A model generated the notes under the pieces. The model saw only the letters and a program-made list of their open reading frames with translations. It was not told where the DNA came from and did not search any database. DNA of 64,000 nucleotides, taken from the NCBI GenBank assembly GCA_965178125.1, contig OZ237774.1:310001-374000 (forward strand), written 5' to 3'. Positions within the stretch are counted from its first letter, which is position 1, and every line of letters starts with the position of its first letter. Both the position numbers and the translations under genes were made by a program. The stretch comes from Bilabrum cf. latius (lineage: Eukaryota). Of this stretch, positions 1-11,909 are shown piece by piece.

Positions 1-223
1 GAGCGACATGAAGCTGTTGAGCTTTGCATAAAGCCGCCAGCGGACCATGAGCCAGCGCAAGCGGGGCTGTGCCATGTGGTGAATGAGGCTGCCAGTGTGT
101 TCGAAGCACCACTCCAAGAAGAAGAAGTACCACCGGCCGACGGTGAGGATGCTGCAATTGGTGGAGAAGCCGGTGGTGTGTCCGTACTTTCTGCACGAGC
201 AGTACTCACTCCACGGCGCCTCA
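1..223 (+). repeat. Diverged copy of host segment 37227-37563 (runs off window start)
   Basis: Near-identical stretch gcggaccatgagccagcgcaagc...gcagtactcactccacggcgcctca in both places; this copy lacks about 110 bp bounded by agcag microhomology. Confidence 0.85.
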
Positions 224-244
224 GCCACCCTCTGCCTCATCTGC

Positions 245-874
245 TCAGTGCAAGCCCGGCAAATCGTCGCACAGCATCAGCGGATCCGCCCTGATCGATT
301 CCAGAGCGTCCCTGGCACCCCCTACCGCCACCTCCCAGCAGCCCCTCCCACCACCATCCCGCCGCTTCAGGTACCAGTCCGCATCCCGCACGCCGTGCGC
401 CAGTGCCAGCACGCATCCCCCGTGACCTCCAGCACACGCCGCTGTCAGAGCGTTCCAGCCGTCTCCGTCCAAGGCCTCGTGACCGCCCGCCGAACGGCCC
501 AGCCTCAGCCGCTTGGACAGCTCCATGGGCCTGCCCTCGCTCGCTGCCTGGAACACCATGCTTGCGTCCCTGTGGGTGTCATGGGCGTGCCTCCAATGCA
601 GCATGTGTTTCATCCTTCGCCTGAACGGGTTGTAGTACTGCACGCCCCTGAGTTCTTCTGGGTCTGTATCCCGGAAGAGCGCATCGAGCAGTTTGGGCGG
701 GTCGTAATCATGGTCGTTCAGAGCTTTGACGATCACAGGTATCGATGAGAGTGGCCTCAAGTGTTTTGCAGCCATTACTTTCTGGACGAATCGCAGTCGG
801 CTGGTCAGGAAGGCGACGGATCCCTCTTCATGCTCGCACTCGAGCGGGAGGTTCGCATGAAGCATCGGTGCCAT
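245..874 (-). CDS. Ankyrin-repeat protein (5' end uncertain), paralog of 53128-53973
   Basis: GWNALTAACAGGHGGCVLAL ankyrin motif; shares EGRPxELxKRLRLG with the 53128 protein; ends TGA. Confidence 0.55.
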   Translation of the reverse strand: MAPMLHANLPLECEHEEGSVAFLTSRLRFVQKVMAAKHLRPLSSIPVIVKALNDHDYDPPKLLDALFRDTDPEELRGVQYYNPFRRRMKHMLHWRHAHDTHRDASMVFQAASEGRPMELSKRLRLGRSAGGHEALDGDGWNALTAACAGGHGGCVLALAHGVRDADWYLKRRDGGGRGCWEVAVGGARDALESIRADPLMLCDDLPGLH

Positions 875-2140
875 CCATGTGGTTGTGGCTCTCGGTTCCC
901 TCTAAGTCACAAGGGTTTGCAAAGAAGCATAGAATGGGTTGTATACTACTCCGTTGTGGCTCTCCAACTGCACCAGAGATATAACAGTGACATCGAAGTA
1001 AGCTGCGAATCATTGACACCATGCCTGATGGAAATTTATACGGGTATTAGCGTTTGTCGAAGCATTATTCTCACTGAGTAGTGCAAACGATACAAACGTT
1101 TATAGAACAGCATGAGCTCGTAGAATTGCAAGCTACGACCTTTGCGAAATACAAGGCTATCGTAGCCATGCCATTTAGCCTCGCTCGAGAGGACTCCTCG
1201 TCGAACTTGGGCCAGGGCTTCATGGTACTGTTTCTAGCTTTCAACCAAGTTCTACTTGTTCTGTGCCAGCTGACAGAGTACGCCGTAGTGCGACGTATCA
1301 AGGGCGTCGACCAAGGGTTCACAGAGTTTCCTAAATTCCTGCGGACGAGTGGAGCTGTGCATAATGCGCGGGCATTCGTTGACCATTTATATCAAATAAT
1401 ATACATACTGTGATTCCTACCTGGTTTGAAATCATCATGCGGGATATTGGCTTGGTGCATACCGCGATCATGACAGCAGGATCTTCCAGATCTCTGCCAG
1501 TAAAGCTGTGCTCGAGTTCTCTCGAATCATTTATGAGCTCAAGGATAGTATCACCAATGTTCTCCATTCGCGAGCCTTTATGTTACTTTCTACTCGAGAA
1601 GATGCAGAGCGGTTGCAGATGGTACGTCCCGCCGCCATGCGACCATAAACCGGTCGCTACACCAAACTGATGCAATACTTCGCACAATTCATCTGTAAAA
1701 ATGCGCACGTTTTGCGTGGCTTTTGCATGCCTGCTATTGTGTAGCATGGCCGCTAACGCCTTGGACGCGGATATGTCTGTGCTGTCCTACAAAGCTAGCA
1801 GTGCCAGCAAAGCTGGTCTCAAAGTCTCAAGGTCGAAGCACGATCACGGACGACCAACCTACCATCCAGAGCATGTGATATGGGAACCGAATGGCGTTTT
1901 CACCATTGATGGGGCAGTTAGATACCGGTTCACTGAATGTACTGTGGATGTGGATGGAGACGGGCGAGTGCAGCTTGTCGGTGAAGGTGTACAGCCCGGC
2001 AGCAGCGATCCACCTGAAGACTTAAGCCTTACGTCCGGCGGGGGTGATCTTCTTGGCGTGCTTCAGGTACTTGTAACAACTCTTCGAAACACGGATGTTG
2101 CGGCGCATGTTACGGCAGCTGGTGAGCCTAATTTGGATCG

Positions 2141-2401
2141 TGGTATTAAGGAGACAGAGTCTGATTCGTTGTTGACGTCAAATGAGATGATAAGCGTCTG
2201 TGCGATGAGGATGGCTCTGCGAAGAAGGAGAACGCCGCAACACCTTGTCCGTAGGTGGGAAGAGGAATTGTAGCGTTAGACATCGTAATCTGATTAACGG
2301 AAGAGGCAGGCCACGAAGAGTGGAGGTTGGCATTTCTCCAGTCAATCGCCTCCATTCGGGGTGGAAGAGCTCAGGACTGACAGATCGTCTTGAATTCTTT
2401 T
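2141..2401 (+). repeat. Ngaro-1 split direct repeat A1 (261 bp)
   Basis: Matches 36247-36507 (tggtattaaggagac...ttgaattctttt). Confidence 0.95.
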
Positions 2402-2449
2402 GGCGGATGGCCGGAGGCGGACTCCACTCTCCGCGCCCTCGATGGGGCC

Positions 2450-3673
2450 ATGACGAAGCAGCTGCGGGCGCTGGGACGGCGCATGCAGCATGCACCACAG
2501 AGCCAAGAGCACGCCATTATATTGGCGATCGCGTTCCTCGAACGGGTGACGCATGAGCAGCAGCGAGCAGCTGAAACAGGCTTGGAGATGCCGGCTCTCC
2601 ACCAGGTGGTCGCACTCGTCAGGCGCCATGCCAAGGAGCGGAAGCTACCGGCGGCCACGGGTGCGGGTGCAGCTGACCCGGGTGAGTCCTTGGTGCGTGG
2701 TGTGGTGTAGTCTGATGTGGTGTAGTCTGCGTTTGTCCCCGCCTCGTTACTCCGTGATCACGGGCCAGGCCAAATCAAAGCCACCGAGTTCCGGGGGATG
2801 TTCGTTCAGATCGCGAAGGCGGAGCTGATTGCAGCACTGCAGGCGAGCAGCGACTGCCCCCCGCGGATGTCGTTGGCAGCTACCTCCAAGTACCTTACGA
2901 AGGCGGCAGGCATCTTGGCCTCGGCAATCACCGGGGATGACGAGCGCATCAAGAAGAGCTGGGCAGACCTGCTCCAGCTCAAGAGCGATGATCCGCTATT
3001 TCCTGATCTCGCGGTGCCCAGACATGAGGACTTGGTGCACCCTCGGCCGTTCGCGCTGTTCACCTACGCACTGGTGCGGGCATATGCACGGGCGGTTACA
3101 GCAGTGGTGGAAACGTACGCCACGTCAGGACCTGCCTGGCCGACCCCACCGGCCCAGTCGATGTCGCCGTACAGGCCTGAGGCGGATGTGGAGGAGTTTC
3201 ATGCCGGTGCGACAGCAATCACGCAGTCCCTGGCGTCCTGGGGCAGGCAGCTGTGGAAGCTGCAGCTTCTGGCGCGCACTGCAGGCGGCAGCTTCGGCAC
3301 AGGGCTCCAGACGTCTCGTGCAGCAGCGAAGGACGTGTTCACTGCCATCGTGCTGACCGCGCAGGGCAAGATGGGAATCGCAGTGCCAGCGATTCGCACC
3401 AACAGTCAGGCCGATATGATGGCGGCGAGGGACCAGGTGCACACGCTGATCACGGCGTACCTCAAGGGCGATGACCTTGAGGACTCTGACCCGCTCGAAG
3501 GCGTGGAGCCTGGCCGCGTAGTGCAGGTCATCCGTGCGTGCTTGTGCCCAGAGGGCCCGCACGGCATCGGACCAGCACTGCTGAGCAGCACGCCACAGGG
3601 CCAAGCACTCGGAACGGCGGCGGCAGTGGCCCAACTGGAGAAGACCATCGAGCTCGCCCAGGGCTCCTCATGA
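2450..3673 (+). CDS. Ngaro-1 ORF1, putative Gag-like protein (2 in-frame TAG)
   Basis: ORFs 2390-2710 and 2798-3673 share a frame and are separated only by TAG at 2708 and 2723; ends TGA; Gag call is positional. Confidence 0.6.
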
Positions 3674-6600
3674 AGGCCAGCACGCCCGTGCCGCCACAGC
3701 AGGTGGCGGCCGGGCAGGCCTTCAAGGAGACGGCGGCGCCTCTACACGCAGGAGAGGCGCCGCCTCCGGCGACTACATGCACGGCGCCTGGAGCAGGGGC
3801 TCAAACGCTGTGTTCGGGAATGGAGGCGGGGCCGTGCCAGAGGACTTCTCTCACCTCTGGTACAACAGGACCTGTCCTTCCGTGGGTAGGATTGTGCGCC
3901 GGTCGCTTCGGTGGCCGGCTTCTCGGGATGGCTTCAGCAACGGACAGTTGGGTCGGGGAACACTCAACAGCTGAATGAGGAGCGGAACGTATACGACGGC
4001 AGTTTCGGACGGCAGGACGTGGTCACTAATGCAATTGGGCAGCGGTGGTTACAGTAGCCACGACGTCATCGTCAAGTCAGCGGGGAAGTACCAGCGGAGG
4101 GTGCAGCAGCAGTGCATGCGGCCCAGGAGATCCGTGTCAGCTACCCTGCAGCATCGACTACGTCAGCAGCGTTACCGAGGCTTCGGCCACGCACCCCTAC
4201 GCCACGGGTGCGCGACCAGGGCCAAGGTGACCCTGACTGGCAGCTCTGCAAGCCAGTAGTGGACCGTAAGCGGCCCCTGCTGTCCTTCGCAGCGTGTCAG
4301 GTGCTACATCGAGGCATCGGGAACAATCAATCCCACGCCTTGGTGGATCCCACTGCCGGGGGCAGTGGTTGGGTCCTCCGAGCCTGGAGCTCGGAGAGGT
4401 AGGGCGTGAGTTCAGATCTGAGCAGTTCTCCATCGGAGGAGGACGAGCTGCTGGGCTCAAGCCAAGGAAATACGTGGGGCACTTCTGACTGGGCCGAATG
4501 GCTATCCGCCTCGTCTGTCGTGCCAGTGGAACCGTGGGTTCCTAGCAGTTGGGATGACTCAGCTGCGCCATCGCAAACGTGGGCAGCCTGGATGCGATCC
4601 CTGCAGGATGCGGAGGGGCGCAGTCGTGCCAAAGAGGCACCGCCAGCGCTTGGTAGACAGCACCAGCGACTGGTGGCCCACCTGACAGCGGACCCCATGG
4701 TGCTCACGGGCGACCCCGAAGCAGCACGCGCCACCAGAGCGAAGCAGGTGCAGTGGGCTACGTACCTGCGTGCAGCGTGCCCGCCTCGTACCTTCCGAGC
4801 CAAGGACTGGAAGGCCATGTCACCGGCTGAGCGGACGCTGTGTGGATTTGCCCACGGTTTCCCGATGGGCCGCACAGCAGCTGTCCAGCAGCAGGTCAAG
4901 CTGCCGACAAACTCCATCCCGACTGAGGCTGCGGCTGCAGTGCACTGCGAGCTGGGAGCCAGCCTGCGTGAGTCGCGTAGGTTGGCCATCGCAGCGTCAT
5001 CTGCACCGAGCACCCCGGTAAGCGCGGTGGTCGCGATCCCTAAGAAGAAGGTTGGCGACTATCGGCTCTTGGTGGATGCATCGGACAAGCGGGCGGGCAC
5101 CCTGTTGGGGGCCAACGTGGCAGTCGAATACGAGCGCTGGACGAGTGCCCCGATGGCATCGATCGGCGAGCTGATGCGCAAGGCCGTGCGCATCTCGCAG
5201 CACACCTCCGAGCCCCTGGCGGGCCTGACAATTGACCTCAGCAAGGCCTTCTGGCAGTTCCCGCTGGCTGTTGGTGACATTCCGTATCAGCAATTGCGCA
5301 TCGGCGACATGGTGCTGCTCGGCACGCGCCTCGGCATGGGCAACAAGAGCAGCCCTGGTCACGTCACCACGGCGACGACTTGCTTCGGTGACGCCTTTGA
5401 GGAGCGCTGGAATTTCGATCCTGTGCGGCCCACGACTGCAACGTCGACCTTCGTGGATGATTTTGGTTTAGTGGCACCGTTGACGCGGATTGATCACTTG
5501 GCCATGTAGTTCGTGCATGATGCTGCGCGAGTGGGCCTCCAAGTCAGCGAGTCGAAAGCACTGGAAGTGGGCACCCCGGGGCCTCGGTTCGATTTCCTAG
5601 GGTACACGGTAGCGCTGGATGAGTTCAAGGTGTACGTGCAGCCGTCCAAGGTCACGAAGGCGGTCGGGCTCATTGACGGCATCTTGGGGGCCACCCAGGC
5701 TGGGATCCGTCGGTCAACGGGAGAATCGCTGGTGGGCCTGCTGTGCTACGTGGCAGAAGCCATCCTGCCTGCCAAACCGCGCTGCAGACCTCTGTTCTCG
5801 TGGCTGCATGCCAACGAGCACGCCTCGGTACTCTCCGTTCCAGCCGAGGTTCAGCGGACCCTGCGATGGTGGCGACATGCCCTGCTGCACCAGGATGGCC
5901 GCTCGTTCCCGCGACAGCACGATCCCGAACGCGATCCAGTGATGTTCACGGACGCATCGCTGCATGGATGGGGTGGCTACTTGGTCTGGCCCTCAGGTGC
6001 CACGTAGGCCATCTACGGCACGTGGCCGGATTCTACCTGCCTACTGTCCAACGACATCTCGGCTCTCGAACTCGGATGCATTGAGATCCTGTGTGATCAT
6101 TGGAAGAACGAACTGCGGGGACATGTGTTGCTTGTGCGGTGTGACAACTCCGCCTCTGTGCATTGTTTGCGTCGTGGGTTTTGTCGTAGTGTCCGCATGG
6201 CTCGCATCCTCGCTGACCTGTTCACCACCCTCTGCTCCCACGACGTGTAGGTTTGGAGCCGGCACATACCAGGGTTAGAGAACACCTGGGCCGACCGCTT
6301 GTCCAGGGAAGGTCACCCGACAAACTTGCCGCCGCACTGGGAATCGGTGAGGGAGCTCCCGACGCCTACGAGGACTTGGTCGAACTTGCGGGATCATTGG
6401 AAGAACGAACTGCGGGGACATGTGTTGCTTGTGCGGTGTGACAACTCCGCCTCTGTGCATTGTTTGCGTCGTGGGTTTTGTCGTAGTGTCCGCATGGCTC
6501 GCATCCTCGCTGACCTGTTCACCACCCTCTGCTCCCACGACGTGTAGGTTTGGAGCCGGCACATACCAGGGTTAGAGAACACCTGGGCCGACCGCTTGTC

Positions 6601-6952
6601 CAGGGAAGGTCACCCGACAAACTTGCCGCCGCACTGGGAATCGGTGAGGGAGCTCCCGACGCCTACGAGGACTTGGTCGAACTTGCGGCCATCAAGGCCG
6701 CCTCGAGCATCGAGGCGAATGGCACCACGGCACTTCGGCACTGGGCAGCGTACGGCCGCAGATACGGCCTCGACCTGGCGCCACCGGCCTTTGGCTCCAT
6801 CGGTCCGGCACGCAACGAGGCCTTCGAAGTGGAACTCGGCAGATTCATCACGTACGTGGCGGCGGCCGAGCCGGGCATCAGCGGCGCCTCCGCAAGCCAG
6901 TACGCAGCGCAAGTGGCGTCCTTGTACAAACGACTAGGAGGAGTCGCAGTGA
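3674..6952 (+). CDS. Ngaro-1 reverse transcriptase + RNase H frame (start unresolved; 8 in-frame TAG)
   Basis: RT motifs YRLLVD, IDLSKAFWQF, LGMGNKSSP, FVDDF, FLGY; RNase H motifs FTDAS, ISALEL, RCDN, HIPGLENTWADRLSR; only TAG interrupts until TGA 6950. Confidence 0.85.
6095..6688 (+). repeat. Exact 297-bp tandem duplication within the RNase H region
   Basis: 6095-6391 repeats as 6392-6688; 99 codons, in frame for pol. Confidence 0.9.
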
Positions 6953-7787
6953 AAGGACTCGGTGACTTTGGCCATGCAGTGGCCAGGCACTACACGGCAG
7001 CCAAGCCAACCCTTGCGAGTCTGCACCGCACGCCCATCCCGTTGTCGGCAGTGCGGCGCTTCTTTGAGTTCCAGCCATCCACCCCCGGCGAAAGTGCGGC
7101 CCAGTTGGCGGGTGCACTGGCCTTTGGGGGGACCATGCGCCTGGGCGAGGCCACCGGAGAGGCACGGGCTGCCTCTGACCCGCATCGCCTCAGGCATGTA
7201 TCCTGGGCAATCGAGGACAATCAGGTGATCAGCTGCTCCCTGCACCTGCGGTTCACCAAGGCGGGTGGACCAGCCACGGTGGCTATTGCAGCCCGATCCC
7301 CTGTGTAGGTGGACAAAGGCGGGGTACAGGGCAGCACATGCTGCCCTGTTTACCTTCTCGTCCGGCACGTCGTGACAAGGTTGACCTCGGCGGGAATCCC
7401 GGTCACCTCGCCCCACCACCTGCACAACGCCTGCCAGAACAGTCAGGTGTTGTTGTTCCCGGAGATCGCATCGCCCGGTCGCCGTAAGACGCGGCACATC
7501 GTCGCAGCCGATGTCGTACGCCTGGTGCGGAGCTGTGCAAGCCACCACGATGATGCGAGTGGGTGGCATGGGCACAGTTTCCGCATCACCAGCACCACCA
7601 CAATGGTGCGACTGGGCATCGAGCACGGCATTGTGCAGCGTCTTGGACGGTGGGCTTCCACCAAGAGCATGAACACCTACATCCGGCAGGAGGCCGACGG
7701 GCTGCCAGCGATCGATATTGGTTGGACGCACCTTGAGCTGCAGCGAGCACCACAGGCGGCGCTGCTCGAGGCGGTGGCACAAGCTCG
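6550..7787 (+). CDS. Ngaro-1 tyrosine recombinase; last codons displaced to 36006-36018 by the virophage
   Basis: Motifs GTMRLGE, FTK, HSFR, LGRW, MNTY; TAG at 7306; reconstructed empty site reads AQARASD-TAA. Confidence 0.85.
7783..7787 (+). repeat. 5-bp target site duplication GCTCG (left; right copy 36001-36005)
   Basis: aa-GCTCG-tgttgtag ... ctacaaca-GCTCG-ggcg. Confidence 0.92.
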
Positions 7788-7852
7788 TGTTGTAGTCCAA
7801 AAAAAATAGGAATATAATAATATTATATTCCTATTTTTTTTGGACTACAACA
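7788..7852. repeat. Left terminal perfect palindrome (32-bp arms + 1 nt)
   Basis: TGTTGTAGTCC-A8-TAGGAATATAATA-A-TATTATATTCCTA-T8-GGACTACAACA. Confidence 0.97.
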
Positions 7853-8674
7853 GGCGAATATATTTTTTTGTGCTTATTTTAATTATTTATATATTTTTGC
7901 TAAATATATAAATAATTTATTTGTGCTGTTTTTTTTATATTTATAATTTTTTGTATATTAAATATTTTTTAAAAATTGTAAAATTGATATATTATATTAA
8001 ATATTTATAATTCGTTGTGTGCTATACTTTTTTATTTTTTATAAAATTTTCGCGGAATAAGAATAAATTAATTTATTAATTTTTATCAAAATTTATTTTT
8101 ATTCGTCAGAATGAAAATTATTAAATTCGAAGAATTTAATTTATTTATGGTTCTATTGAATTTTAATTTTTATAGTTTTTTTTTACTGTTCAATTTATTG
8201 TTTCGCAAACTAAAGTTTGCTATTATTTCGGCTCTTTTGCATTTTATTTTATTATGGGCATTTTTAAGGGACTATTCATTAAAATATTTTATTGCTCTTC
8301 TTATGGCTCTATAATTTGAATTCATGCATTGGGGCGCTCACTTCGTTCGCTATTAAGGCGATTAATTCAAGCTTTCCATTTATTCACTCTCGAGATCTCC
8401 ATTTAAATAATTATTAATTCGTAGTTTTGCACTCTTTTGATTCTCCGAATCAAAAGGGTGCAAAAATACGAATTCAGAATTATTCTTTATAGGTGATTTT
8501 TAAATTCGTATTTTTACCACTTTTTTAAATCGTAGAATGAAGCACTTTTTTTAGAAAGTAATATAGATAAGCAAAATAGAATAAATTAATTAAAGGTGAT
8601 GTTTTATTTTAAATTGCAGTTGTAACTTTGCATTTAACTCTTCGAATGTGTCATAAACATATATTTGAGATGGT
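7788..8674 (+). repeat. Left terminal inverted repeat (887 bp)
   Basis: Reverse complement of 35114-36000, with at least 5 mismatches seen. Confidence 0.93.
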
Positions 8675-9216
8675 TGCAGTTCGGATATTAAATTTGTTCT
8701 TTCTCTTCTCATTACTTCCTGTATTTCATTTGTTGCTTCATATACTAGATCCTTAAATAATTTATTTGATGGCGAGGCAACGAAAATACTAGTTTTTTTA
8801 AATAATTCTTGGGCTAGTTCTAACGATCCAGTCAAACACAACATTCTTTTTTCTTTCTTTGTCAACCATGATTTTTTTAATGATTCATATACTTTCTTTG
8901 CTAGTTCTTGATATAATACCCTGTATGTTGAGTCATCGCCCTCTTCTCTTGCTTTTTCTAATCCCTCTAAAAATTGTTTGTCTGTGTCTGGATGTTTACT
9001 AACTAATTCGTCAAGGTCCACGACTAAAAGATTCTTGTCATTTCCCTCAAATTTCTTACATAATGTAGTCTTTCCGCATCCCTTAGGTATTACAAGACAT
9101 GTTTTTTTAATCTCGAATGCATTTCTTACTTTGCCCATGCAAGACACTCCGTAGTATCCTAGAGCTACTAGAGCCGAAGCCCCGCTTACTGATGAAATAG
9201 CTAATTCTAAAGCCAT
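8590..9216 (-). CDS. P-loop NTPase / kinase-like protein with hydrophobic N-terminus
   Basis: Walker A-like IPKGCGKTT, then LLVVDLDE; TCTA motif upstream. Confidence 0.6.
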   Translation of the reverse strand: MALELAISSVSGASALVALGYYGVSCMGKVRNAFEIKKTCLVIPKGCGKTTLCKKFEGNDKNLLVVDLDELVSKHPDTDKQFLEGLEKAREEGDDSTYRVLYQELAKKVYESLKKSWLTKKEKRMLCLTGSLELAQELFKKTSIFVASPSNKLFKDLVYEATNEIQEVMRRERTNLISELQPSQIYVYDTFEELNAKLQLQFKIKHHL

Positions 9217-9261
9217 TGTATATATAACATTAGATAATTATTTTATTATGTTAACTTATAT

Positions 9262-9975
9262 ATGCCAAAAAATAAATTGACAAAAAAAGAAATTATACAA
9301 ATTTTAAAAAAACGAGTGAAGGGCGGAAATGTATGGGAATTTATAAAAGATATACCCGTGGGTACTTATAGATTTTTAACAAGAAGAAATAAGAAACTGC
9401 AACAATTAAGTAAAGAAGCTAAATTACACGCTAAAATTGCACGTCAAACATACCCAAAGACTAAACAAAGGGATATAATAGACGGTTATCGTGTAATCTT
9501 TAAAGATGATAGAAGAAAAATTTATATTAGAGGTAATGATATTATTATCGGTGTTAGGGGTACAGTTGACGGATCTGACGTTATGGATGATTTAAAGATA
9601 GCACAAGGCACACTCGATAAAAGTGAGAACTTTAAAGATCTAGTTGATATTTATGAAGCTGTTAAACAAGCTTTTCCAGATCATAATATTTCTTTTGCCT
9701 CTCATTCTTTGGGCTCGGGGATGGTTGCTTATCTCACTAAAAAATACGGTAAAGAGATTAAAGGACATTCATTTAATCCAGCTTTAAATTTTGAAATGAT
9801 AAGAGACCCTAAATTTAATATTGGTAATATTAAGTATCATGTAATAGATGGCGACCCAATTAGTCATAATTTAGCCCAGTTTATGAATCCTGATCAAGTA
9901 ACGTTTTATGAATCTCCTCATGAAAAGAATAATTATTTTAATACACATGCACTAAAGAATTTTACGGATTTATAA
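9262..9975 (+). CDS. Alpha/beta-hydrolase (lipase class 3-like)
   Basis: IGVRGT, nucleophile elbow ASHSLGSG, FNP, GDPIS, C-terminal His; mavirus also encodes a lipase. Confidence 0.8.
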   Translation: MPKNKLTKKEIIQILKKRVKGGNVWEFIKDIPVGTYRFLTRRNKKLQQLSKEAKLHAKIARQTYPKTKQRDIIDGYRVIFKDDRRKIYIRGNDIIIGVRGTVDGSDVMDDLKIAQGTLDKSENFKDLVDIYEAVKQAFPDHNISFASHSLGSGMVAYLTKKYGKEIKGHSFNPALNFEMIRDPKFNIGNIKYHVIDGDPISHNLAQFMNPDQVTFYESPHEKNNYFNTHALKNFTDL

Positions 9976-10563
9976 ATGAGTGGTTATATAAATTTCTTCT
10001 TGCATCCTTCTAAATTCTATATCAACTTTCATAAAATCCGTAATCTCTTCTTTATTCAGTTGCCATAAATATAACTTTTCTAGATGTTTATTAGATTTCT
10101 CATTTAAATAATCAATTACTTCGTTTAATGTTTTTCCCCACAGAAAATTATCAAAATATATATTATCTTCAAGTCTTATAATTGAATCCAATTTTATATA
10201 CTCATCGATATAATGGTTTATTGGTTTCCTAAAATTTGTAAATTTTCGATTTATAAGTATTGGTTCAGATTTAAAAAGTTTGTTATAATCTAATGGTATT
10301 TTATGTTTTAATTCTCTTTTCTCTTTTTTGGTTAGCTTATTAAATTTTTCATAAATAATTGATAATAATTCGGTTCTTTCTTTTTTGGTACATTTTATTG
10401 AGTTATGTAAATTTGTATTTCTAATGAATTTATAAGGATAACGCTCCATTAAAAACTTACGAAGTTTTAATAGTAGAGTAATTTTTGAACCTATGTATAA
10501 TTCAACATCGATCTTATCTTGTTGGCGGTCTTTTGTGTTTTTATCGAGGAGTTTGCTTAACAT
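9970..10563 (-). CDS. Virophage hypothetical protein
   Basis: 197-aa ATG-TAA ORF in AT-rich DNA. Confidence 0.6.
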   Translation of the reverse strand: MLSKLLDKNTKDRQQDKIDVELYIGSKITLLLKLRKFLMERYPYKFIRNTNLHNSIKCTKKERTELLSIIYEKFNKLTKKEKRELKHKIPLDYNKLFKSEPILINRKFTNFRKPINHYIDEYIKLDSIIRLEDNIYFDNFLWGKTLNEVIDYLNEKSNKHLEKLYLWQLNKEEITDFMKVDIEFRRMQEEIYITTHL

Positions 10564-10605
10564 TGTTATATACTATATTATTATATTTTTATTAAAGCTT
10601 GTTTC

Positions 10606-10917
10606 TCATAAATCATACGTTTTTTTATAATCCTTTATTGAATCATTTAATGTTGGTTTATTCCATAGAATCCTCCACGCTAATACAGCAGGAGACCAAG
10701 GGATATAATCGGCTTTTTCTATATAGTATTGGTGTCGCTTTAGCCAGTTGACTTTTTTTTTATTATCTTGATGGTCTATATATGTTTTCCCATTTCTAGC
10801 CCCAAAATGTACAATATAATTTTTTGGTTCATAACCTTTTTTAGTTAATTTAAATGTTGCCATTAATCTTTTATTTTTTCTTGTCGATGGTTTAATATTT
10901 ACTAATTTAATTTCCAT
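10606..10917 (-). CDS. DUF5754-like small basic viral protein
   Basis: STRKNKRLM...VHFGA...YIDH...WLKRH...SPAVLAWRILW pattern common in giant viruses and virophages. Confidence 0.6.
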   Translation of the reverse strand: MEIKLVNIKPSTRKNKRLMATFKLTKKGYEPKNYIVHFGARNGKTYIDHQDNKKKVNWLKRHQYYIEKADYIPWSPAVLAWRILWNKPTLNDSIKDYKKTYDL

Positions 10918-10929
10918 ATATTATATATA

Positions 10930-11211
10930 ATGAGTTACCAAAAAACTTTAGATGGTATGATTAAAAAATGTAGAAATAAAATTAAACAACTTTTAAAAAT
11001 TCATGATTCATTAAATGATCTTAGTGATTATATACGTTATAAACTACGCTATCCATACACTACATCATCAACATTGATGCATCATAATAGACTACAAGAT
11101 GACCTAAGACATGCAAGATATAAATACGAAAAAGAATTAAAAAGACTTGAACAACTTTATAATAAAAAATATGGTTATGTTCCAATTTATAAAACTGATG
11201 TTTTGAATTGA
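10930..11211 (+). CDS. Virophage hypothetical protein
   Basis: 93-aa ATG-TGA ORF. Confidence 0.5.
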   Translation: MSYQKTLDGMIKKCRNKIKQLLKIHDSLNDLSDYIRYKLRYPYTTSSTLMHHNRLQDDLRHARYKYEKELKRLEQLYNKKYGYVPIYKTDVLN

Positions 11212-11268
11212 TCCAAATAGTTTTAATCTATTCTTAAATAAAAATAGAATAAAATTAATGTAATTTAT

Positions 11269-11844
11269 TTAATAGCCTTTAGATTTTAAAAATTTTGATG
11301 CTTCCCCGAGGCTCATACCTGTCTTTTTCATTACCTTCTTAATCATTTGACCTCTTTCTTTCATCTTTTGGGAAACTTTACGTTTAGGTTTCTTTCCTCC
11401 TGTAGCTTTCTTTTTACCTAAACCTTTCGTAGCTTTCTTTAAACCAAAATTAGCTAGTTGCTTGGCCCCGGGTGGTAAAAAGGATGTACCGAGGTCAATA
11501 GCTGTATTTTTTAATGCATTTTTAACGTTATATTTTCTGTGATTTGCGAGGGCGTCTATGCCTTCACTTGCTAGTGCCCCCACCCCGGGTATCATACCAG
11601 TTAGCCCTTTAGCAAGTCCAACTCCTGCATTCTTTAAAAATTTCCAAAAGTTTCCGCCTTTAACCTTTGCCATACGTTCGCATTCAAAGCATACCTCTTC
11701 AGCTTGTTTTTTGCCGAGTCCGTATAATTCCATTACAGCTTGTACATGGTCTTTATGTTCTTTGGTTTGTTTTCCCTTAGAACTTTTACGTTTAGGTTTT
11801 CCAGAACCTATAAGGTCCAAATATTCGTTAACTGTATATTTCAT
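11269..11844 (-). CDS. Lys/Gly-rich putative virion core protein
   Basis: Very basic; VKGG-NFWKFLKNAG motif; TCTA upstream. Confidence 0.55.
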   Translation of the reverse strand: MKYTVNEYLDLIGSGKPKRKSSKGKQTKEHKDHVQAVMELYGLGKKQAEEVCFECERMAKVKGGNFWKFLKNAGVGLAKGLTGMIPGVGALASEGIDALANHRKYNVKNALKNTAIDLGTSFLPPGAKQLANFGLKKATKGLGKKKATGGKKPKRKVSQKMKERGQMIKKVMKKTGMSLGEASKFLKSKGY

Positions 11845-11909
11845 AATAAATTAATCTAGAAAAAAAATATTAATTTATTAGTTCATTGAATAAACAACAA
11901 CTTATATAT

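Noticed and set aside
8111-8314. 67-aa hydrophobic ORF in the TIR (mirror at 35474-35677)
   Set aside because: F/L/I-rich translation expected from T-rich DNA; no motif; both TIR differences within it change amino acids
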